Positions 56,856 through 64,000 of a DNA stretch of 64,000 bases are shown here, one piece after another. The stretch spans positions 29,620 to 93,619 of the forward strand of contig CAZNOH010000002.1 in NCBI GenBank assembly GCA_964574655.1, read 5' to 3'. Both the position numbers and the translations under genes were made by a program. The stretch comes from an uncultured Candidatus Saccharibacteria bacterium. GTDB taxonomy: Bacteria > Patescibacteriota > JABMPQ01 > JAQVVF01. Position 1 is the stretch's first letter, and every line of letters begins with the position of its first letter. The notes under the pieces were generated by a model. It saw nothing but the letters and a program-made list of their open reading frames with translations, searched no databases and was not told where the DNA came from.

Positions 56856-58418
56856 CTAATATAGTCTTATCAATCCATTGATCGAATTTCCATCTTCAAA
56901 GCCAAGAGTCAGGTCGCCTTTCAATTCAATTCCAAAATTATTCAAAAAATCTAAAGAATTCAAGTACAGCAATCCATTGTTTGCTTTAATCTGTGCGCTA
57001 ATTACAGCATTTTCGTTTTTAAAAGATTTCAAAATTTCTTTCAGCGAATCATTTATACTGGCAAGTATTAATTTATTATCAAACAGGCAATAACTAAAAC
57101 TATCTAAATTTTTCTTTTCATCTTTCAAAACTAAAGTTCTGATTTTAAATTCCTCAAAATCAGCATTAACAAATTTAAATTTAGAAACATCTGGCAACAG
57201 TTCAATTCCTTCTGATCCATCAGCTAATTCAATCTTTTTCTCTCGAGGTTTTAATCTCGCAAAATATTTTATCAATCCATTTTCAATTTCCACCATTTTT
57301 GCTGACAATTTATTTTCATTGCCAACTTCAGAAATTATTGCCCAAGCTGTTTTGTCTTTTTTGCCAGGCAAAATAATGAATTCAAAATTATTATCAAATA
57401 AAGGCATCAAATCTTTTTCAAAGCTCAATCCATAATTATTATTAAGCTGATCCTCAAAGCCATTCAAAAATTGTAAAAAATTAATATTTGAATCAGCTTC
57501 TTTTTTTAAATCTTGATAAGTATTTTGTAAATTATTTCCTGAATAAGCCATAATCGTTTTATTTGGCAAGAATTTAAATGGCTCTTTCAAGGATAATTGC
57601 TTATTTAAATTCAAATCAGAATATATTTTTAATTCAATATTTGAATTATCTTCTTTTGCGGTTAAAAAGAAATAATTATTATCAAAAATAAATTTATCAA
57701 TACTATTTAAAGCATTGAAATTTGGAAGCAAAGCAAACAGATCATTATTCTTTCTAGAAAATGCATACAAAAAAGAATCAGTTAAAACTTTTTTGTTAAC
57801 CTGAGAAAAATATTTATCATATCTCAAACTTTTCGCTTGATCAAAATTTGCGTCAATTACTTTTCTCAAAGCATCATCATTGTCAGAAATGACTAAAACA
57901 TTATTAATTTCCAAATAGCTAAATGCATTTTGATTAGCTAATCTCACATTATTAATCTTAACATCTCGATAATCAAAAAAACTGAGCTTAGAATTATTAA
58001 TTACATTATTTTTGAATAATTCCAAATTAGCATCTTTAAAGATAAAAATATTTGATTTATCTAAACTAGCATAAGCGCTTTCCGTGCCTAAAACAGACTC
58101 CAAATTGTTTGGCAAAATATTTTTCGCTATTTTTGAAGCTAGAATCAAATCATTATATTTTAAATTTTCATTGCTGATTTTTGATTTATCAATATAAACA
58201 TAAAATTGAACGTTATTTGGAACTAGCTTAACTAATGAATCAGAATTTTTTGCTTTAAAATAATCAAAAATAAAAAAACCAGCCAACGTTAAAAGGCCAG
58301 CAATGATTAAAATAGTTGCCAAAACTAAAATTACTCTTGGCCAAATATGGCGTTTTCTACCTTTTATTTCTTGTACTGGTGAAATAAAGATCTGTTCTTT
58401 TTTCTTGATTATATCCAT
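56856..58418 (-). CDS. large N-terminally anchored protein of unknown function, paralog 1
   Basis: One N-terminal TM segment; the start at MDIIKKK is preferred because the longer ORF reads through repeat element B. Confidence 0.55.
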   Translation of the reverse strand: MDIIKKKEQIFISPVQEIKGRKRHIWPRVILVLATILIIAGLLTLAGFFIFDYFKAKNSDSLVKLVPNNVQFYVYIDKSKISNENLKYNDLILASKIAKNILPNNLESVLGTESAYASLDKSNIFIFKDANLELFKNNVINNSKLSFFDYRDVKINNVRLANQNAFSYLEINNVLVISDNDDALRKVIDANFDQAKSLRYDKYFSQVNKKVLTDSFLYAFSRKNNDLFALLPNFNALNSIDKFIFDNNYFFLTAKEDNSNIELKIYSDLNLNKQLSLKEPFKFLPNKTIMAYSGNNLQNTYQDLKKEADSNINFLQFLNGFEDQLNNNYGLSFEKDLMPLFDNNFEFIILPGKKDKTAWAIISEVGNENKLSAKMVEIENGLIKYFARLKPREKKIELADGSEGIELLPDVSKFKFVNADFEEFKIRTLVLKDEKKNLDSFSYCLFDNKLILASINDSLKEILKSFKNENAVISAQIKANNGLLYLNSLDFLNNFGIELKGDLTLGFEDGNSINGLIRLY

Positions 58419-58435
58419 TAGATTATGTGAAAATA

Positions 58436-58518
58436 TAATACGAATAAACGTACAAATAATGCGAATGTTGCGAATTACGAATACGACGATTTGCAATTCG
58501 TATCATTCGTATTATTAT
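58436..58518. repeat. CGAAT/ATTCG palindromic element, copy B (reverse complement of 2981-3085)
   Basis: aataatgcgaatgttgcgaattacgaatacgacgatttgcaattcgtatcattcg. Confidence 0.6.
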
Positions 58519-60134
58519 TTCACAATTATCTCAGCATCAATAAAATTACCAGACCACTTTCTATTCTTTGTTATCCTAATCGCGCTTAAAGATTTTGCCA
58601 GACTATCCACGCTCGCATTATCGTCGCCGCCAAAATTAGAAGATAATTTTAATATAGAATCAATTGAAATATAGATTAGCTGTTCAGATTTGTTTTTTTC
58701 AAATTCCTTAAAATCAGTAACGCTATTTAATTTATCACCAGATTGTAAATTTTCCAATATCTTTTCACTGCTGAATATTACCAATTTATCATCTTTCACA
58801 AAATATCCAAGATCAAATGTTTTTTTTGGCAAATTTATTACTTTATAAGTGGTATTCTTGTTTTTTCTAGCAACAAAACTGACTTCTTTATCATTATTCA
58901 AATATTTTCCAATTAATTTTGCAACAGATCCTTCAATGCTATTCATTTTTTCTTGCGCATTATTTTTATCTTTTAAATCAAGCATCAAAGCTAGTCTGAT
59001 TTTTTCATTTGTAAAATCAGGCGCTAAATAAAATCCATATTGGGAGCTAAACAAATCTAATATTTCATTCAAATCAATCCCATATTCTAATTTTGCGCCA
59101 CGAGAGATTAAAGCAAATTCTGCGCTTGGATCAGGTGAATTGCCAGCAACCAAGCTTGTGAGTATTGGCTTCAAGCTTGATCCTTCCATATAGAAAGCAG
59201 CATCTGAAGCAACAAAGTCAGCAAATTTTGGTTTTATCTTTTTATTATCGCTGATCTTGAAAAGTTCGGGCATGTAGATTTTTGCCAAAATCTTGTCATC
59301 AGTTGCTGAAAATCTTACTCCAGCATAATATTTTCCGCCAATTTCTTTTAATTTTCCTAGCACATCATCGTCTAATTTCAAATTAGACTTCATGAAGACC
59401 TTCAACAGCTCCAAAACATCGCCATAAACAAAGACAACGCCGTCTTGATGATTCAATTTATTTTTTGATTTTATATATTTTCTATCAAAAGCCAAAGCTT
59501 TATTGTTACCTAATTTTGTATCAATCATTTTCTTTAAACCATCAGGAAATTCTGAAATCAGTAAATAATTATCATAAATTGCATAAGAAAGGCTTTTTTT
59601 TCTCGTAATGTTTACTATTTGCTTGCCTCTAAAGTCTTCCTTATCAACAACATAGCCCTTTTTTTCTATGCTATCAGTAAAAACATTCAAAAAGTTGTTT
59701 AACAAGTCTTGATTCTTAATCTCAACTAGAAAAATCTTTGAAAAGCGGTCATTTGTCACCCTAATATTACCAATTGCAATTTTTTGTCCTAACCAGCTAT
59801 AAAAAGTATCTTCATCAATTTTTAAATCATCTGGAGTTATTCCAGCAAGCACCAAACTTCGCAAATAATCACTAAATGCTTTATCATTACCCATTCTTTT
59901 GGCGATTTCTGTTAATTTCATGTTTTGCTTTGAGTCTTTGTTGATATCAACGATTGCAAAAGAGATCAAATCATTCGGGACAAAAGATTCAATGCTTTTC
60001 TTGGCAATATTCAAAGAATACATTGAAAAAATAATTCCCAAGCCAAAAACAAGCACCAGAAATATTGCAATTGTGATGATTAGCTTTTTATTACGTTTTT
60101 GTTTTTTTAAATTCTCTTTTCGTTTTTGAGACAT
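58515..60134 (-). CDS. large N-terminally anchored protein of unknown function, paralog 2
   Basis: Same architecture as 56856..58418, in tandem on the same strand. Confidence 0.55.
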   Translation of the reverse strand: MSQKRKENLKKQKRNKKLIITIAIFLVLVFGLGIIFSMYSLNIAKKSIESFVPNDLISFAIVDINKDSKQNMKLTEIAKRMGNDKAFSDYLRSLVLAGITPDDLKIDEDTFYSWLGQKIAIGNIRVTNDRFSKIFLVEIKNQDLLNNFLNVFTDSIEKKGYVVDKEDFRGKQIVNITRKKSLSYAIYDNYLLISEFPDGLKKMIDTKLGNNKALAFDRKYIKSKNKLNHQDGVVFVYGDVLELLKVFMKSNLKLDDDVLGKLKEIGGKYYAGVRFSATDDKILAKIYMPELFKISDNKKIKPKFADFVASDAAFYMEGSSLKPILTSLVAGNSPDPSAEFALISRGAKLEYGIDLNEILDLFSSQYGFYLAPDFTNEKIRLALMLDLKDKNNAQEKMNSIEGSVAKLIGKYLNNDKEVSFVARKNKNTTYKVINLPKKTFDLGYFVKDDKLVIFSSEKILENLQSGDKLNSVTDFKEFEKNKSEQLIYISIDSILKLSSNFGGDDNASVDSLAKSLSAIRITKNRKWSGNFIDAEIIVK

Positions 60135-60139
60135 GGATA

Positions 60140-60275
60140 AAATATCTAATTTCTAATTCATAATTTCTATTGAATGTCTAATATCCCAATTTCTAATTCT
60201 AGCTATCGGCAAATAGCTTTAGAAATTAGTAATTCAATAGAAATTAGAAATTTAAAATTAGATATTCTAATTATA
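60140..60275. repeat. about 130-bp imperfect palindrome (AATTTCTAATT repeats) upstream of paralog 2
   Basis: ctaatttctaattcataatttctattgaat...attcaatagaaattagaaatttaaaattag. Confidence 0.5.
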
Positions 60276-60406
60276 GCCTACAAAAATAATCCTCGCAAAT
60301 GCCAGCGAAAAATTGACAAAAACTATATTATTGTATAAGATAATCAACTGTCAAATTTTTAGCCGCCAAAAAACAAACCAGGGCGGCTTAAATCGCGGAG
60401 GCGAAC

Positions 60407-61189
60407 ATGAATAGGCAGGAAATCGTCGATCTTTTGCAAACAAAAGAATGGTTCAGAAATACGTCGCCGGAAATTCAGAATTTGCTGCTAAATCTGCCAG
60501 GATCAGACATTGATAACGGAAAAAATGATTGCACTGGATTTCTTGTAGATCTCGCAAAGCGACCGGAATCAGGTGGTGGAATTCGATATTTGCAAATCGC
60601 CCAAGTCATGATTCCGGACGCCCGACCAATTTTCGGCATCATCGTCGTCTTCGAAGTCCAGAATTTGAAGAGCAATGCTATCTATCATTATCAATACTTT
60701 TCTTGGCGCCATGGCCCAGCTTCTGGAGTCAAAGGCTTGCTATTGATTGAAGATGAGAGAAGTGGAAGAATTACCCATCTCGTGGTCATGCGTGGCTACA
60801 AGAACGGACCTGCCTGCATTGAATTCGATTGCATCGGTGGTTTTGCTGAAGGCAAGGGTGTTTCTGACGACATTGCTCGAGAATTAAGAGAAGAGCTTGG
60901 GCTTCCTGAAATTCCGCCCATCAAGAGAAGAATTGAACTAGGACGTCTTGCAACAGATGCAGGAATGACCAACAATCGACCTTCACTCTATGCTACCATC
61001 ATCTCTTGTGATTCGGCTTCCGCGATTCATGAAGGAGAATCTGCCAATCCAGATCCTTGGGAGCCTCGCTCTGGTCCGATCATCGTGCCGGTTGAGCAAC
61101 TTTCTGAGCTCATCAGACATAATGATGATGCTTATTTTCACGCCTGCCTGTCTCGCTTGGCAGCCAATGGCATCAATTTGTTTGTGTAA
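60407..61189 (+). CDS. NUDIX-domain protein (islet; SD GGAGG)
   Basis: Nudix box GGFAEGKGVSDDIARELREELGL. Confidence 0.6.
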   Translation: MNRQEIVDLLQTKEWFRNTSPEIQNLLLNLPGSDIDNGKNDCTGFLVDLAKRPESGGGIRYLQIAQVMIPDARPIFGIIVVFEVQNLKSNAIYHYQYFSWRHGPASGVKGLLLIEDERSGRITHLVVMRGYKNGPACIEFDCIGGFAEGKGVSDDIARELREELGLPEIPPIKRRIELGRLATDAGMTNNRPSLYATIISCDSASAIHEGESANPDPWEPRSGPIIVPVEQLSELIRHNDDAYFHACLSRLAANGINLFV

Positions 61190-61396
61190 ATTTATTTTGA
61201 TCTTTAACTAAGCTTTACCCAAGGCTTTTTTTATTTCCTCTTGCAAAACAATAAAAATCCTGTTATTATAGTTTTACTATAAATTAATACGCTATTTAGG
61301 CCCTGAATTTATTGAAGGGCTTGAATAGACGTGAATTTCGTGTAATTTAATTATATTTTTAATAAATTTAATTAAAGATAACGAAAGAACAACATT

Positions 61397-61759
61397 ATGT
61401 TAAGCAAAAAGAAAAAGACTTCATTAATGAAGAAGTATGCAACTCACAAAGGTGACACTGGTTCACCAGAGGTTCAAATCGCTATTTTAAGCGCAGAAAT
61501 TGAAGAATTGGCAGAACATTTAAAGACTCACCGCAAAGACAATTCTTCAAGACGAGGTTTGCTTGGAAAAGTTCATCAAAGAAGAAAATTAATGACTTAT
61601 CTTTCCAAGGAAAATGAAGAAGCATACGCCAGCATAGTCAAAAAGCTAAAGCTTAAAAAAATAAAGAAAGAAACTGAAGTTGAAAAGAAAAGAGCAGAAG
61701 GAATCAGAAAAATTGGACAAGATCCAGAACAAGAAGAAACAGAAGAAGGCATGGAATAA
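61397..61759 (+). CDS. rpsO: 30S ribosomal protein S15 with a K/E-rich C-terminal extension
   Basis: GDTGSPEVQIAILSAEI...HRKDNSSRRGLLGKVHQRRKLMTYL. Confidence 0.85.
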   Translation: MLSKKKKTSLMKKYATHKGDTGSPEVQIAILSAEIEELAEHLKTHRKDNSSRRGLLGKVHQRRKLMTYLSKENEEAYASIVKKLKLKKIKKETEVEKKRAEGIRKIGQDPEQEETEEGME

Positions 61760-61957
61760 AGCAATAAAAGTTTCCGCGTCTTTTGCGTACGATTCTGCGT
61801 TATTCTGCGCAGAAACACGCTGAATTTAACGCAGAAGACGCAGAATTTATATAACAGAATTTATATTAATTAATTACGGAATTCTCTCTCAACTTGATCT
61901 CCAAATAATCAGACATACGTCTGCAATTTGTAGGTCAATAGAGAAGAATCAAAACAA

Positions 61958-64000
61958 ATGTTAAATTTGTTCAAGAAAAGCACTGGTCCAAAAGAATTCG
62001 AAATAGTTCTTGGGGACAGGAAGCTTATCATCAAGACTGGCGAATTAGCCCAGCAAGCAAATGGAGCAGTTATGTGCCAATATGGCGAAACTGTTGTTTT
62101 AGCAACTGCAGTAATCTCAAAATCTGTCAGGCCAGAGATCAATTATTTTCCGTTGATGGTTGATTTTGAAGAAAAATTATACGCAGGTGGAAAAATCAAG
62201 GGTTCTCGTTTTATCAAGCGTGAAGGCAAGCCATCTGATGAATCAATTGCCAAGGCTCGTTTGATTGACCGTTCAATCAGACCATTATTTCCTCAATACA
62301 TTGTTAATGATATTCAAGTTATCGTTGAAGTTTTAGCAGTTGATGGAGAAAATGATGCTGATATTGTTGGTTTAATCGGCGCATCAACGGCTCTAGCTAT
62401 TTCTGACATTCCATTCAACGTAACAATCGGCGCAGTTAGAATTGGCAGAGTAAATAATGAATTAGTTTTAAATCCAATATTTGCAGATCGTGAAAAATCA
62501 GATTTAGATTTAATTGTCTCTGCTTCAAAAGAAAAGACTTTGATGCTAGAAGCGCAAGGACATGAAGTAGAAGAAGAAGCCATGTTCAAGGCTGTAGAAT
62601 TTGGTAAAAAGCATATTTCAACTATTATTGATTTTATTTCTAAAATTCAAGCTGAAATTGGTAAGAAAAAATTAGAATTTAAAGAGCCAGAATTACCAGC
62701 AGGATTGAAAGAAGATGTTAAGAATTTGGCTCAAGAAAAATTAGACAAAATATTATTTGCTGGACCTTCTAGAATTAGAAAAGGCGAGGTTTATCAGCTT
62801 TGTGATGAAATTGCAGAAGAATTAGCTAAAAAATACGGTGAAGAAAAGAAAGGCCTTGTAAATTCAGAATGTCATAAATTCTCAGAAATTTTTGTTCGTG
62901 ATAATGTTTTGAATAACAACAAAAGAGTTGGCAATCGCAAGATGGATGAAATCAGAAAATTAGAAGCAAAAGTTGGAATGTTGCCACGTGTTCATGGCAC
63001 TGGCTATTTTAAAAGAGGCGGAACACAAGTTCTGACAATCACAACTCTAGGCTCACCTTCTGACAAGCAAATCATTGAAGATGCTGAAGAAGAATACAAA
63101 AAACGCTACATTCATCATTATAATTTCTTGCCATTTTCAGTTGGCGAGACATTTCCTTTACGTGGACCTTCAAGACGTGATATTGGTCATGGAATGTTGG
63201 CTGAAAAAGCAATTGAACCATTATTACCAAAAGAAGAAGATTTTCCATACACAATGAGATTAGTTTCCGAAGTTTATTCCTCAAATGGCTCTTCATCTAT
63301 GGCATCTGTTTGCGGATCTTCGTTGTCATTAATGGATTCTGGTGTTCCAATCAAAGAACAAGTTGCTGGTATTGCTATGGGTATGGCTTCAACTGATGAT
63401 AATAATTACAAAATTTTAACAGATTTACAGGATCTTGAAGATTCCGAAGGCGGAATGGATTTCAAGATTGCAGGCACAAAAAATGGCATCACCGCTATTC
63501 AATTAGATACTAAGACATTAGGTCTTACAGACAAAATGATTAGCGATACTTTAACACAAGCCAAAAAAGCCAGATTAGAAATTTTAGACGTTATGAATAA
63601 GGTAATCGCAGAGCCAAGAAAAGATTTATCTCAATATGCTCCAAGAATATATACAATTCACATCAATCCAGAAAAAATCAGAGATGTAATAGGACCAGGC
63701 GGTAAAATGATTAACAAGATTATTGAAGAAACAGAAGTTGATATTGATGTTGAAGATGATGGTACAATCTTTATTACTTCTAATAACAAAGAAAAAGCCC
63801 AAAAAGCTTTAGCATGGGTCAAAGATTTGACTCGTGAAGTCAAAGTTGGCGAAATCTTTGTTGGCAAAGTAGTCAGAATCATGAACTTCGGCGCTTTCGT
63901 TGAGCTATTTCCAGGCAATGACGGAATGGTCCATATTTCTAAATTAGCGCCTTATCGAGTGAATAAAGTAGAGGACATCGTCAAACTTGGTCAAACCGTT
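61958..64000 (+). CDS. pnp: polynucleotide phosphorylase (5' portion; continues past the window end)
   Basis: N-terminal GDRKLIIKTGELAQQANGAVMCQYGETVVLATAV, a KH domain near 63650, and the start of an S1 domain at the window end. Confidence 0.85.
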   Translation, partial: MLNLFKKSTGPKEFEIVLGDRKLIIKTGELAQQANGAVMCQYGETVVLATAVISKSVRPEINYFPLMVDFEEKLYAGGKIKGSRFIKREGKPSDESIAKARLIDRSIRPLFPQYIVNDIQVIVEVLAVDGENDADIVGLIGASTALAISDIPFNVTIGAVRIGRVNNELVLNPIFADREKSDLDLIVSASKEKTLMLEAQGHEVEEEAMFKAVEFGKKHISTIIDFISKIQAEIGKKKLEFKEPELPAGLKEDVKNLAQEKLDKILFAGPSRIRKGEVYQLCDEIAEELAKKYGEEKKGLVNSECHKFSEIFVRDNVLNNNKRVGNRKMDEIRKLEAKVGMLPRVHGTGYFKRGGTQVLTITTLGSPSDKQIIEDAEEEYKKRYIHHYNFLPFSVGETFPLRGPSRRDIGHGMLAEKAIEPLLPKEEDFPYTMRLVSEVYSSNGSSSMASVCGSSLSLMDSGVPIKEQVAGIAMGMASTDDNNYKILTDLQDLEDSEGGMDFKIAGTKNGITAIQLDTKTLGLTDKMISDTLTQAKKARLEILDVMNKVIAEPRKDLSQYAPRIYTIHINPEKIRDVIGPGGKMINKIIEETEVDIDVEDDGTIFITSNNKEKAQKALAWVKDLTREVKVGEIFVGKVVRIMNFGAFVELFPGNDGMVHISKLAPYRVNKVEDIVKLGQTV

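Noticed and set aside
58303-58674. ORF 58303..58674 +
   Set aside because: It reads through palindrome copy B and is antisense to both paralog genes.

Overview
This window is an AT-rich, compact bacterial segment. Its gene content and tRNA features fit a Candidate Phyla Radiation (Patescibacteria)-like genome: IVS-type four-helix-bundle and GxxExxY cassettes, an intron-bearing tRNA, no Shine-Dalgarno (SD) sequences on core genes, and an archaeal-type CMP kinase. The core content is housekeeping genes (ftsH, tilS, rpsA, gyrA, rplS, an archaeal-type cmk, an RluA-family pseudouridine synthase, lspA, a dksA-like gene, a comM/yifB-like gene, a dinG-type helicase with an N-terminal exonuclease domain, rpsO, and the start of pnp) plus 13 tRNA genes. 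Between 30.7 and 46.3 kb lies a type IV pilus cluster: pilB, pilC, three prepilin-like genes (one of 781 aa), then pilM, pilN and pilO. It is followed by a LysM-CHAP peptidoglycan hydrolase, a BNR-repeat surface protein and an SLT-domain lytic transglycosylase.

The features I consider most worth follow-up are these. (1) tRNA-Phe(GAA) is split by a roughly 213-nt group I intron with recognisable P, Q, R and S core elements. (2) Two small cassettes flanked by inverted repeats carry IVS-type proteins (four-helix-bundle and GxxExxY); one sits inside the pilus operon between pilM and pilN. (3) Several families of GC-rich palindromic or tandem intergenic repeats recur across the window. (4) About nine small islets of higher GC content carry strong AGGAGG Shine-Dalgarno sites, in contrast to the SD-less core genes; one 3.3-kb islet abuts tRNA-Arg(CCT). 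(5) Two peptidoglycan hydrolase genes are each preceded by a consensus promoter followed almost immediately by an intrinsic terminator. (6) There are candidate toxin-antitoxin loci: an MNT/HEPN pair, a Phd/YefM-like cluster, and a possible 19-aa hydrophobic peptide with a structured RNA. No rRNA genes or CRISPR arrays were found.
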